DNA of 32,000 nucleotides from an uncultured bacterium (GCA_963699255.1 OY969425.1:840001-872000), one strand, 5' to 3'. Positions 10,401 through 19,287 are shown, counted from the stretch's first letter. A program made the numbers and translations. Notes: generated by a model not told the origin, from the letters alone.

Positions 10401-10800
10401 CATTGACCTTAAGATAGACGCTTTCATACCAAAAGATTATGTCGCGGACGACAAACAGCGGATAGCGCTCTACAGAAGGATGAATGCCCTGAACGATCTC
10501 AGGGAACTTGAGGGATTAAAAAACGAAATGATCGACAGGTTCGGCCGCGCCTACCGGGGCGGTCAGTCCCCGACCGAAGCATCGGGGCAGGCAGAGAAGA
10601 TACCTCCGGAGCTTGAATCATTGTTCAGAATAATCGAGCTCAAGATAGAGGCGGGAGAAAAGAACGTCACAAGCATAACGGGCGGCTCGGAACTTGTGGA
10701 AATACAGTTCGATCTGAAAAAACCGATCGTCATAAGGACCAGGGGCATGCCGAAAGAAAAATGGTTCAATCTTGTGCGTGATAAAATAAGGCAAATGTAA
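7486..10800 (+). CDS. mfd: Transcription-repair coupling factor
   Basis: 1104 aa. GTG start overlaps the pth stop. VGDYVVHSNYGIGIYRG (RNAP-interaction domain), GDVGYGKTEVALRAAF (Walker A), DEEQKFGV, TLSATPIPRTLYMALSG. Confidence 0.98.
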   Translation: MNLHGIARTLSSDPRFDKIIGSRKTAVEGLAGSAAAAFYSALFIKTGKTLLVISQDAESLSNDIKTFIGDNRAYYFPAWDTFPTEDISPSTEIVGERQAILDRILAGEKLIITAAIKSAVTRVIPKTVLQENTISLQTVSSKIDPEAKLSACFRVDREGLISQLVKLGYKRRDIVGERGEFAVRGGILDIFAPNLSDPVRIELVGDKIESLRFFDAASQRSKAGVKGVKIFPIHELVLDGAEGSVLEGEAEYKDGIELKIPQIYAGFSGIFEYLDDGTLIILDDPRSLRLSQEKLIKEIEELRGNSTGKFYLDVDEFERSLSNYPLITRGDGEGGVSFDFAPADDHMGKIDQLIDKLVKERAGMSTFIVSKQADRLHELFIERGLVAQKIEEVPPDFKKGIFILFGKLRTGFRGNGIEVLTDRELFGEMPSKVTFTPKPSEGVSEKLLAELYVGDYVVHSNYGIGIYRGLKKLEIDGALQEYIQIDYAQDDKLYVPLHQMGLVEKYSGGGDYKPKIGRLGGTEWARQKSRAKKSIKDITEELLDLYVSRHKMEGLKYPPDSLWEMEFEKSFPYEETPDQAKAIREIKKDMESGKLIDRLVCGDVGYGKTEVALRAAFKAAVSGQQVAVLTPTTVLADQHFHVFSQRFKPYPITVEALSRFKSKDEQKQIIRSLEAGAIDIVIGTHRMIQKDVKFKNLGLLIIDEEQKFGVSAKEKLKQIAMRANVITLSATPIPRTLYMALSGVREMSIIATAPLDRSPIRTYLREFDENIIKEAIRRELERGGQVFFVHNIVKNIDKIAALIKQIVPEARIAVAHGQMKESSLEEIMIKFVNKEFDVLLSTSIIESGLDIPSVNTVIIDNASEFGLSQLYQIRGRVGRSSTRAFAYLLYHKEKVLTDKALERLKAIQEFTALGSGYKLAMADLEIRGAGNILGGEQHGHMLNIGFDLYCDLLEESVRELKHIEPPAAKKVFIDLKIDAFIPKDYVADDKQRIALYRRMNALNDLRELEGLKNEMIDRFGRAYRGGQSPTEASGQAEKIPPELESLFRIIELKIEAGEKNVTSITGGSELVEIQFDLKKPIVIRTRGMPKEKWFNLVRDKIRQM
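10549..10592 (+). repeat. In-frame GC-rich palindromic insertion within mfd
   Basis: GCCTACCGGGGCGGTCAGTCCCCGACCGAAGCATCGGGGCAGGC has outer arms GCCTaCC/GGcAGGC and inner CCCCGA/TCGGGG. It encodes AYRGGQSPTEASGQA between the conserved DRFG and the following PPELESL segment. Confidence 0.65.
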
Positions 10801-10861
10801 GGCACCGGAGGCATGGTTCGTCCTTTACATATTGTTATACCTGTGGTAAATTACAGGCCAA

Positions 10862-11863
10862 ATGAAGAATAAGTTATTAATGCTCGTCATTGTCCTTCTT
10901 ATTGCCACGCTTCCCGTGTTCGCCGCGGCAAAAACGACTTCCAGGAAATCGGCCCCAAAACCTAAACCCGCCGCAGTAAAACCGGCGGCGAAAGATGTTG
11001 AATGGGCCGCCAAGGTGAACGGCGATCTGATCTCCATGGACCTCTATAACAGGAGAGTGGATAGCGCCATAAAAGAAATGACAAAAAAGATAAGCATTGA
11101 AGCGGCGGAGGAAAATGGACTGGTAAAGGATACAAAAAAATCGATACTCGAACAGATGATAGAAGCTGTAATCCTTCTCCAATGGGCGGACAGGGAAGGC
11201 CTGGAAATATCCGACAAGACCATAAAAACAAAAATATCTCAGATAAAGAAATCCTTCCCTTCGGCGCACGAATTCCACAAGTCTCTTGCCGAACAGGGAA
11301 TGTCGATCGATGACTTAGGACGGGACATAAAGAAACAGATCATCATCGATAAGATGATAGACATGAGGGCAAAGGCGCTCGCGGTAACGGATGAGGAAAT
11401 GAAGGCGTTCTATTACAAAAATCTCGACCTTTATTATCAGGAAGAAAAGCTCCACCTGCAGCAAATATTCAGGAAGGACGAGAACGACATCCAGGCGGAA
11501 AAAAGGAAGATCGACAGCGGAAAAGCGTTCAACGGCGAGGACATAGGGATCGTTGAAAAAAGCCAGCTCCCCGTCTACGAGGGCTCACAGATATTCAAGC
11601 TTAAACCGGGCGATATAAGCAGCGTTACTTCCGGTGAAGCAGGATATTACATATTCAAGGTCGTGGAAATCACTCCCGCAAGAGAAACGAAATTCGCGGA
11701 TGTTAAGGACAGCATAAGGAGATTCCTTCTTAAGGAAAAAGGCCGCACCAAGTTCATCAATGACCTTCAGGAAGAAAAAACGAACGCGAAGATCATTTTG
11801 AACGAAAAACTCGGTAAATTATTCTATCCCGTCACTTCACAAGAAGCAGAACCGCGTCCTTAA
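10862..11863 (+). CDS. SurA/PrsA-like peptidyl-prolyl cis-trans isomerase (parvulin)
   Basis: 333 aa with a signal peptide. SurA N-like region (VNGDLISMDLYNRRVDSAIKEMTKK) and parvulin-like ...EEKLHLQQIF...FNGEDIGIVEKSQL...FKLKPGDISSV...GYYIFKVVEITPA. Confidence 0.85.
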   Translation: MKNKLLMLVIVLLIATLPVFAAAKTTSRKSAPKPKPAAVKPAAKDVEWAAKVNGDLISMDLYNRRVDSAIKEMTKKISIEAAEENGLVKDTKKSILEQMIEAVILLQWADREGLEISDKTIKTKISQIKKSFPSAHEFHKSLAEQGMSIDDLGRDIKKQIIIDKMIDMRAKALAVTDEEMKAFYYKNLDLYYQEEKLHLQQIFRKDENDIQAEKRKIDSGKAFNGEDIGIVEKSQLPVYEGSQIFKLKPGDISSVTSGEAGYYIFKVVEITPARETKFADVKDSIRRFLLKEKGRTKFINDLQEEKTNAKIILNEKLGKLFYPVTSQEAEPRP

Positions 11864-12332
11864 GCATGTTCTTTGAATCGTGTTTTTCCGAGTCAGCCAG
11901 GAATTCGGCCAGCGCCTGCTTTATTTCGCCGAAAGTGAAATTTTCTTTCCCCCCCGATTCGATATATGTCCCGCCCGATTTCTTTTGCCTTTTCGAAAGT
12001 TCCTTACCGAGCTGATCGGTGACCTTATTCCTTACGGAATCGACGAGCCTCTGGTTCACTATCTCCAGAACGATCTCGCCTTCATCGAAGATCTTTATCC
12101 CTTCGTTGTCTATATGGATATCCTCATTCACGATCTTGTCGGAAGTGATCTGAGAGAGGTATACGCTGATTATCTTCTTTGCGACTTCCGGGTTGAGCCG
12201 ATTGCCGATAATGAATTTCGGCTCAACGTTCACGCAGGTATGCTTTGCGTTAACTGCTATGGGCTTGCCGTGATCGAGCCAGAACGCCTTTAGGGCCTTC
12301 TCCACTTCATATTTATTTTCTTCATTTATCAT
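11832..12332 (-). CDS. Hypothetical protein
   Basis: 166 aa intact ORF downstream of and co-directional with ORF 12348-12986. Converges on the foldase gene with a 32 bp overlap. Confidence 0.6.
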   Translation of the reverse strand: MINEENKYEVEKALKAFWLDHGKPIAVNAKHTCVNVEPKFIIGNRLNPEVAKKIISVYLSQITSDKIVNEDIHIDNEGIKIFDEGEIVLEIVNQRLVDSVRNKVTDQLGKELSKRQKKSGGTYIESGGKENFTFGEIKQALAEFLADSEKHDSKNMLKDAVLLLVK

Positions 12333-12347
12333 TTTAACCTGCTCCCT

Positions 12348-12986
12348 TCAAACTACCTTTTCATAAGCCAGGTATTTCATCAGCACTTTCCCCACAAGCC
12401 AATTCTCGTCGTACACAAGTTTTAGGCCGTTATCTTTCTCACCCACAGTCGCAGCACTGGCCGTTTCACTGGCCTCACTTGCCCTATCCATGTTGTTGAT
12501 ATTGAGCTTTACTGGCCCCTGCCCGACCGCTACATCACTTCCGCTTTTTTGTTTTGATTGGAATTTGGTCAGATCGATTAAGATCTTGGTATCATCCTTG
12601 ACTGAGTACTTCAGCTCCGACTTAAATTTTTGGACTTTTGGGATGATATCTTCGGCAAGGATCTTGGGATCTTTGCATGCCTTTTGCAATAACATGGCTA
12701 GTGAGAGATCATTTGCGCTATCAACTTCCTTGACAAACTTCACTATGCTCGATAAATTCTCCTTAAGATCTTTAATATATTTAACATAAACTGAGTTCAG
12801 GTCCGCTTCAGTTGCGGCCACAAAATCTTTGAGAATTTGGGCAAGCATTTTCCGCGCCGTACCCTGCGGATATGCACCCCTTAACTGAGAAATATTAATC
12901 TCAGTTGGTTTTATTGATGCCCCAGATGATTCTACGCCCATTATTTTAACCCTCCATACACCTATATTATCGGGATATATAGCCAA
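12348..12986 (-). CDS. Hypothetical protein
   Basis: 212 aa intact ORF. An internal start at MGVESSG is an alternative. No recognisable family. Confidence 0.55.
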   Translation of the reverse strand: MAIYPDNIGVWRVKIMGVESSGASIKPTEINISQLRGAYPQGTARKMLAQILKDFVAATEADLNSVYVKYIKDLKENLSSIVKFVKEVDSANDLSLAMLLQKACKDPKILAEDIIPKVQKFKSELKYSVKDDTKILIDLTKFQSKQKSGSDVAVGQGPVKLNINNMDRASEASETASAATVGEKDNGLKLVYDENWLVGKVLMKYLAYEKVV

Positions 12987-13000
12987 AAACTTGCATGATA

Positions 13001-13098
13001 CCTCAACCCTAGCCCTTCTCCTATAAATAGGAGAAGGAAAACGAAACTTTGATTTGTTTTCCCTCTCCTGCTATGCAGGAGAGGGGTTAGGGGTGAGG
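13001..13098. repeat. Compound palindromic repeat element (MITE/REP-like) with two perfect inner hairpins
   Basis: CCTTCTCCTAT-AA-ATAGGAGAAGG (13014-13037), CCCTCTCCTGC-TAT-GCAGGAGAGGG (13061-13085), outer arms CCTCAACCCTAGCCCT versus GGGGTTAGGGGTGAGG. Confidence 0.8.
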
Positions 13099-13111
13099 TA
13101 GGAAATAAGTG

Positions 13112-14506
13112 TTAAATTACAGGCAGGTTGCTTTTACCCGTGAGGTATTTATCTATATAATGCGCCGCTTTTCTTCCTTCGCTGACGGCCCAGACTATGA
13201 GGGATTGGCCTCTATGCATGTCCCCGGCGGAAAATACCCCTTTTTTTGAGGTCATGAACTCCTCGTTCGTCCTGATGTTCCCTCTCTGATCAAGCTCCAA
13301 ACCAAGCTTTTCGATCAATCCTTTTTTATCCGGATGAAGGAATCCCATTGCCAGGATCACCATATCCGCCTCCAGCTCAAAAAGCTTCCCTTCTTTTTCG
13401 CATATCAGTTTCACGACTTTTCCGCTTTCACCCGCGATATTTTTGGTTGAAACCGACCAGTAGCGCTCGCATCCTTCGCCATGGCTGGTCGATGTCTTTA
13501 GAATATTCGGGTATTTTGGCCAGGGTTGATCGATGGGCCGCTTATCGGACGGCTTGGGCAAAAGCTCTATCTGTGTTACGCTCTTTGCTCCCTGACGGTT
13601 GGCGCATCCCACGCAATCCGCCCCCGTATCCCCTCCTCCGATTATCACGACTTTTTTACCTTTTGCATCCATCAGTTCCTTCTCGGGTATTTTATGGCCT
13701 GCCACTCTTTTATTTGACTGCGTCAGATAATCCAGGGCGAAATAGAAGCCGGAAAGCTCTCTTCCTTCAACCTTAAGGTCTCTCGGGACCCTGGATCCCC
13801 CGCTCAGGCAAACGGCATCGAACTCCTTCAATAGCTTTGAGACGGGATGATCGATACCGACATTCACGCCGGTAACAAACTCGATCCCTTCTTTTTCCCA
13901 GAACCGGATCCGCCGATCGAGTATCGATTTTTCAAGCTTGAAATCGGGAATGCCGTACCTCATTATCCCGCCTATCTTATCGTCCTTCTCAAATACGACG
14001 ACCTTATGCCCGGCCCTGTTCAGCTGCGCGGCGCATGAGAGCCCGGCCGGGCCGGAACCGATCACAGCCACGCTTTTTCCGGTCCTTTTTACAGGCGGCT
14101 TCGACTTTACCAGGCCATTTTTGAATGCGTATTCAATTATCGCAAGCTCGTTATCCCTTATGGTTACCGGGTCATCGTTCACGCCCAGAACACATGCATA
14201 CTCACATAGCGCGGGGCAAATTCTGCCCGTTATCTCCGGGATATTGTTCGTCGCGTCAAGAAGCTGAAAAGCCTTATCCCAAAGCCCGTTGAACACGCTG
14301 TCGTTCCATTCGGGGATATAATTCCCGACCGGACATCCCCAGTTGCAGAACGGCGTTCCGCAATCCATGCAGCGGGAAGTCTGCTCCCTGGAATCCCTCT
14401 CGCTCCTCGCGACCGCGACGTCCTTATAATCTTTCACGCGTTCGCACGGCTGCCGGTATTCAGAGTTTTTTCTTTTGAACTTTAAAAACCCTTTTATGTC
14501 ACCCAT
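13112..14506 (-). CDS. gltD: Glutamate synthase (NADPH) small subunit
   Basis: MGDIKGFLKFKRKNSEYR..., CMDCGTPFCNWGCPVGN, GSGPAGLSCAAQLNRAGHKVVVFE, GGGDTGADCVG. The track start at 14575 is upstream; the internal ATG at 14506 matches the family start. Confidence 0.95.
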   Translation of the reverse strand: MGDIKGFLKFKRKNSEYRQPCERVKDYKDVAVARSERDSREQTSRCMDCGTPFCNWGCPVGNYIPEWNDSVFNGLWDKAFQLLDATNNIPEITGRICPALCEYACVLGVNDDPVTIRDNELAIIEYAFKNGLVKSKPPVKRTGKSVAVIGSGPAGLSCAAQLNRAGHKVVVFEKDDKIGGIMRYGIPDFKLEKSILDRRIRFWEKEGIEFVTGVNVGIDHPVSKLLKEFDAVCLSGGSRVPRDLKVEGRELSGFYFALDYLTQSNKRVAGHKIPEKELMDAKGKKVVIIGGGDTGADCVGCANRQGAKSVTQIELLPKPSDKRPIDQPWPKYPNILKTSTSHGEGCERYWSVSTKNIAGESGKVVKLICEKEGKLFELEADMVILAMGFLHPDKKGLIEKLGLELDQRGNIRTNEEFMTSKKGVFSAGDMHRGQSLIVWAVSEGRKAAHYIDKYLTGKSNLPVI

Positions 14507-17500
14507 CCAAGACCTCCGTAAGACCGGATTCCTCTGCCAGCTCTTTTTCCTTCCTGCCCGCAGGCAGGCCGGCAAGCACCCGCTTGTACTCTGCGGGCAT
14601 TACCTTAACGAATTTTCTCGTTTCGTTCTCGAAATTATCCAGGATCTTTTTTGCCAAGGGACTCTTTGTATGCCTGTAATGGTTATTGATCAGACCGCTG
14701 ATGATCTTTTTGTCTTCTTTTGAAACCTTTTCAAGTCCGACCATTTTCAAGTTGCACTTTTCGGCAAAATCACCGTATCGGTCATATACGTATGCTATGC
14801 CGCCCGACATTCCTGCGCCAAAGTTCCTGCCTGTACCGCCCAGAACAACCACATGGCCGCCTGTCATATACTCGCAGCCATGGTCTCCAACTCCTTCCAC
14901 CACCGCGTCAAGACCTGAATTCCTTATGCAGAACCTTTCTCCCGCAACCCCTCTAATATAAGCCTCTCCGGATATCGCGCCGTAGAAAGTCGTATTTCCG
15001 ATAATGATGTTCTTCTCGGACTCATACGTTGATTCCTTTGACGGATAAACTATTATCTTCCCGCCTGAAATGCCTTTGCCCACATAATCATTAGCCATCC
15101 CTTCAAGTTCAAGGGTAACGCCCTTTGCAAGCCAGGCCCCAAAGCTCTGACCGGCCACGCCGCTGAATTTGAACCGGATGGTATCTTCGGGAAGACCTTC
15201 TTCTCCGTAGAGCCTGCATATCTCGCCGCTGAGCATGGCTCCCACAGTGCGGTTCGTATTATTAATGAAGACTTCTCCTCTCACAGCACTGCGATCTTTC
15301 AGGGCCGGAGAAGCCATTTCGATGAGCTTTTTGTCGAGAACTTTGTCAATGCCATGAATCTGGGGGATCGTGCACCTGACATCTGCATTTTTGGACGATT
15401 CCGGCCTGTAAAACACCCTTGAATAATCTATATCCTTCGCCTTCGACGGGACTATTGTCTTATCGGTCTCCAGAAGATCGCTTCTCCCGATCAGCTCGTC
15501 GAGGCTCGCCACCCCGATACCAGCCATGATCTCCCTTAATTCCTGGGCGATAAAAGTAAAATAATTGATTATGTATTCTGGTTTGCCTGTGAACCGATTC
15601 GAAAGCTCCTCGTCCTGCGTCGCAACCCCCACGGAGCAGTTATTGAGATGGCAATGTCTGAGCATGACGCAGCCTAATACGATCAGCACCGCGGTGCAAA
15701 ATCCAAATTCCTCGGCTCCCAGCATTGCGGCGATGGCAACATCCCGTCCCGTCCTCATCTGGCCGTCAGTCTGAAGCCTTACTCTGGAGCGAAGGTTGTT
15801 CATAATAAGGGTCTGATGAGTTTCGGAAAGCCCCAGCTCCCAGGGCAAACCCGCGTTCTTTATCGAGCTTACGGGAGAAGCGCCGGTCCCGCCGTCACCG
15901 CCCGATATCAGAATCATGTCCGCATGCCCTTTCGCGACACCGGCTGCAATGGTCCCGACGCCGATCTCAGACACAAGTTTGACAGATATCCTTGCCTTTG
16001 GATTAACGTTCTTAAGGTCGAATATCAGCTGGGCGAGATCTTCTATCGAATAAATATCATGATGCGGAGGTGGTGATATCAGCGTAACCCCGGGAGTCGT
16101 ATATCTGGTCTTTGCTATTACCTCGCTCACTTTATGGCCGGGAAGCTGGCCTCCTTCTCCCGGCTTTGCGCCCTGGGCCATCTTTATCTGGATCTCATCG
16201 GCATTTACCAGGTAATTCGCGGTCACGCCGAACCTGCCGGATGCTACCTGCTTTATCGCGCTTCTCTTCAGATCCCCGTTCGGCATAGGCTTAAAGCGCT
16301 GAGGGTCTTCGCCGCCTTCACCGGTGTTCGACCTCCCGCCAATCCTGTTCATTGCGATCGCTATCGTTTCATGCGCGGACTTGCTTATGGAGCCAAAGCT
16401 CATTGCTCCGACCGCAAAACGCTTCAATATGGACCGGACAGGCTCCACTTCTTCTATGGGTATCGGCCTTGTCCTGCCTTTTGATATCTTTATCAGGCTC
16501 CTGAGCGTCGTCGGATTTTTTGATTGATCGTTGATGAGGCACGAGAACTCATTATATTTTGCCTGGTCATTATTCCTGACCGCATCCTGAAGCGCGGCGA
16601 TCGTCTCGGGATTCCAGAGATGGAATTCGCCGTCACGTTTCCACTGATACACGCCACCCGTAGGCAGATAGGTTATGCCAAGCGCCTTATCTTCATAGGC
16701 TTTGCCATGCCGCATGATCGTCTCCGTCGCTATTTCTTCCATCCCTGCCCCGCCTATCCTTGAAGGCGTCCCTTCAAAATATCTGTCAATGAACTCATCA
16801 TTTAATCCCAGCGCCTCAAAGATCTGCGAGCCCCTGTAGCTGTTCAATGTGGAAATTCCCATTTTTGAAAGTATCTTCTCCACTCCACTCATCACGGCCT
16901 TAATGTAATTGGAGCCCGCCGTTTTTGCATCTATCGTAATTTCCCCCTCAACGGCAAGCGAGGAGACCGCTTCATATGCCAGATAAGGGTTGACGGCATC
17001 CGCGCCGTAACCAAAAAGAAGTGCGAAATGATGCGTTTCTCTTGTTTCGCCGCTTTCCGCAATTATCCCCACCCTGGTACGGAGCGCCTTCCTTATTAGA
17101 TACTGATGGACGGCGGAAACCGCGAGCAGGGTCGGGATAGCCGCATTGTCCCTGTCAGCCCCTCTGTCGCTTAAAACAATGAACGTGTATCCTTTATTAA
17201 TGGCGTCTTCCGACTCCCTGCATATCCTTTCGATCGAATCACTGAAATCCTTTTGGCTTGATGATCTTCCGCCAAAGGCGGACCCCGACAAAGGGCGGGG
17301 AGAAAGTATGGAAATCGTCTTTGTCCTTAATCCGTCCATCTTTACAGCCCTTATCTTTTCAAGCTGTTCGTTGGTCAACACAGGCGATTTAAGCCTCAAT
17401 TTGCAGCAGTGTTTAGGCCCTTCATCAAGCATGTTATCCTGCGGCCCGATGTAGCTTTCCATGCTCATAACGATCTCTTCCCGTATTGGATCAATGGGAG

Positions 17501-19055
17501 GATTCGTTACCTGGGCAAAAAGCTGTTTGAAGTAATTATAAAGCAACTGGGGTTTCTTTGAAAAAACGGCATGCGGAGTGTCGTTGCCCATGGAGCCGAC
17601 CGGTTCTTTCGCTTTTTCAGCCATAGGCTTCAATATGAATTTAAGGTCCTCTCTCGTATACCCGAATATGTTGAGCAAGGTCGTCAAGTCTTCCCTGTTC
17701 TCCTCAAAAGCGCTTACTCTTGGAAGGTCGCTTAACTCTATCATCTCCTTCTCCAGCCAGGCGGAATACGGCCTTGAACTTGAAATGAAGCTTTTTATCT
17801 CTTCGTCATTTATTATCCGCCCCTGTTCAGTGTCGATATAGAGCATTTTCCCGGGTTCAAGCCTGCCGCTGAACGCGATGTCCTTTGGCGCGATATCAAG
17901 CACGCCGACTTCCGACGCCATCACAACTACGCCCTTTTCGGTGACTATATATCGGGCCGGACGCAACCCGTTCCTGTCGAGCACCGCTCCGATACGCGTC
18001 CCGTCAGTAAAAGCTATCGCCGCCGGACCATCCCAGGGCTCCATAAAGCAGGCATGGAATTTATAAAAATCTCTGAGCTTTTTATCCATCAGATCATTGT
18101 GCTCCCATGCCTGAGGGATAAGCATCATCATCGCGTGCGGAAGCGTCCTCCCGGAGAGGGCAAGCAGTTCAAAGACATTATCTATGGCCGCTGAATCGCT
18201 TCCGCCCGGCACGATCACCGGCTTGATCTTCCGTATGTCTTTGCCGAAAACTTCGCTCTCTATCTGTCCTTCGCGCGCCCTCATCCAGTTTATGTTCCCT
18301 CTCAAGGTATTGATCTCGCCGTTGTGAGCGATGAACCTGAACGGCTGTGACAGGTCCCATGTGGGAAAAGTGTTCGTGCTGTAGCGGGAATGCACGAGAC
18401 ATATGGCACTCTTGAACGAGTCGTCCTTCAGATCAGTAAAAAAACCTTCGACCTGTGCAGGCATCAGCAGGCCTTTATATGAAATGGTCCGAGAGGAGAG
18501 ATTTGTTATGTAAAGCCATATCTTTTTTGCGCTCGCCGCGCCTTCGATCTGTTTCCTTATGAGATACAGCTTCCTCTCGAACTGGAGCTGATCGGCAACT
18601 GTGCTGCCGATGAATACCTGCTCGATGACAGGCTGCGTTTTCCTTGCGGTGGCCCCGATATCCGTATCATCAACGGGTACCTGCCTCCAGCCGAGGAGCT
18701 CCTGTCCCTCAGCTTCAACGAACTTTTTAAAAAGATCCCTGCAGAACTCCCTTTCTTTTTGACCGGTCGGCAGGAACACCAATCCCGTCGCGTATCTGCC
18801 GGGTTCGGGAAGGTCTATCTTCACCGTTTTCCTGAAGAACTCATAAGGTATCTGTATTAGTATCCCCGCGCCGTCACCCGTCTTTGGGTCGGCACCCGTC
18901 GCGCCTCTGTGGGCCAGCCTTTTCAGCACCTCGATCCCCTGCTTTACGATCTCATTTGACCTTCTGCCGTCCACACTGCAGACAAATCCGACGCCGCAGC
19001 TATCGTGTTCGAAGTGCCGGTCATAAAGCCCGAATTTTTTTTCTGGATAAGGCAT
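14499..19055 (-). CDS. gltB: Glutamate synthase large subunit
   Basis: 1518 aa. Class II amidotransferase start ...HDSCGVGFVCSVDG, HSRYSTNTFPTWDLSQPFRFIAHNGEINT, FMN/Fe-S region SKIRGGTGASP-like (GGDGGTGASPVSSIKNAG), C-terminal GXGXG-type repeats. Confidence 0.98.
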   Translation of the reverse strand: MPYPEKKFGLYDRHFEHDSCGVGFVCSVDGRRSNEIVKQGIEVLKRLAHRGATGADPKTGDGAGILIQIPYEFFRKTVKIDLPEPGRYATGLVFLPTGQKEREFCRDLFKKFVEAEGQELLGWRQVPVDDTDIGATARKTQPVIEQVFIGSTVADQLQFERKLYLIRKQIEGAASAKKIWLYITNLSSRTISYKGLLMPAQVEGFFTDLKDDSFKSAICLVHSRYSTNTFPTWDLSQPFRFIAHNGEINTLRGNINWMRAREGQIESEVFGKDIRKIKPVIVPGGSDSAAIDNVFELLALSGRTLPHAMMMLIPQAWEHNDLMDKKLRDFYKFHACFMEPWDGPAAIAFTDGTRIGAVLDRNGLRPARYIVTEKGVVVMASEVGVLDIAPKDIAFSGRLEPGKMLYIDTEQGRIINDEEIKSFISSSRPYSAWLEKEMIELSDLPRVSAFEENREDLTTLLNIFGYTREDLKFILKPMAEKAKEPVGSMGNDTPHAVFSKKPQLLYNYFKQLFAQVTNPPIDPIREEIVMSMESYIGPQDNMLDEGPKHCCKLRLKSPVLTNEQLEKIRAVKMDGLRTKTISILSPRPLSGSAFGGRSSSQKDFSDSIERICRESEDAINKGYTFIVLSDRGADRDNAAIPTLLAVSAVHQYLIRKALRTRVGIIAESGETRETHHFALLFGYGADAVNPYLAYEAVSSLAVEGEITIDAKTAGSNYIKAVMSGVEKILSKMGISTLNSYRGSQIFEALGLNDEFIDRYFEGTPSRIGGAGMEEIATETIMRHGKAYEDKALGITYLPTGGVYQWKRDGEFHLWNPETIAALQDAVRNNDQAKYNEFSCLINDQSKNPTTLRSLIKISKGRTRPIPIEEVEPVRSILKRFAVGAMSFGSISKSAHETIAIAMNRIGGRSNTGEGGEDPQRFKPMPNGDLKRSAIKQVASGRFGVTANYLVNADEIQIKMAQGAKPGEGGQLPGHKVSEVIAKTRYTTPGVTLISPPPHHDIYSIEDLAQLIFDLKNVNPKARISVKLVSEIGVGTIAAGVAKGHADMILISGGDGGTGASPVSSIKNAGLPWELGLSETHQTLIMNNLRSRVRLQTDGQMRTGRDVAIAAMLGAEEFGFCTAVLIVLGCVMLRHCHLNNCSVGVATQDEELSNRFTGKPEYIINYFTFIAQELREIMAGIGVASLDELIGRSDLLETDKTIVPSKAKDIDYSRVFYRPESSKNADVRCTIPQIHGIDKVLDKKLIEMASPALKDRSAVRGEVFINNTNRTVGAMLSGEICRLYGEEGLPEDTIRFKFSGVAGQSFGAWLAKGVTLELEGMANDYVGKGISGGKIIVYPSKESTYESEKNIIIGNTTFYGAISGEAYIRGVAGERFCIRNSGLDAVVEGVGDHGCEYMTGGHVVVLGGTGRNFGAGMSGGIAYVYDRYGDFAEKCNLKMVGLEKVSKEDKKIISGLINNHYRHTKSPLAKKILDNFENETRKFVKVMPAEYKRVLAGLPAGRKEKELAEESGLTEVLDG
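14553..14568. repeat. Short GC-rich palindrome CCTGCC-CGCA-GGCAGG in the 3' end of gltB
   Basis: Perfect 6 bp arms. Encodes part of the LPAGRKEK segment near the GltB C-terminus. Confidence 0.6.
17255..17300. repeat. Palindromic element inserted in frame in gltB
   Basis: CTTCCGCCAAAGGCGGAC (17266-17283) adjoins CCCCGACAAAGGGCGGGG. The palindrome core matches 17 of 18 bases of the non-coding copy at 29246-29263. Confidence 0.65.
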
Positions 19056-19056
19056 T

Positions 19057-19287
19057 TTAACCGCTCCTGATCATACCGTATTTTTTAAGTTTTGACCTTA
19101 ATGTATTTCTGTTTATCCCGAGGATGTGCGCGGCCCTCATCTGATTGCCTTTCGTGTATTCCATTAACTTGATCAAAAGAGGTTTTTCCACCGAATCGGT
19201 CAAGAAGCGATATACCTTTCCCTCATTTTCCTTGAAGAAAAGCTCATTGATCTCTGATATTGCTTTTTCCAGATCCATCTTGATCAC
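19057..19287 (-). CDS. Fis-family helix-turn-helix DNA-binding protein
   Basis: 76 aa. VEKPLLIKLMEYTKGNQMRAAHILGINRNTLRSKLKKYGM closely matches the Fis C-terminal HTH. Confidence 0.88.
   Translation of the reverse strand: MIKMDLEKAISEINELFFKENEGKVYRFLTDSVEKPLLIKLMEYTKGNQMRAAHILGINRNTLRSKLKKYGMIRSG

Noticed and set aside
10801-10861. TTTACA-N17-TAAATT as a promoter for the foldase gene
   Set aside because: Weak -10 match and possible read-through from mfd. Not strong enough to list as a feature.
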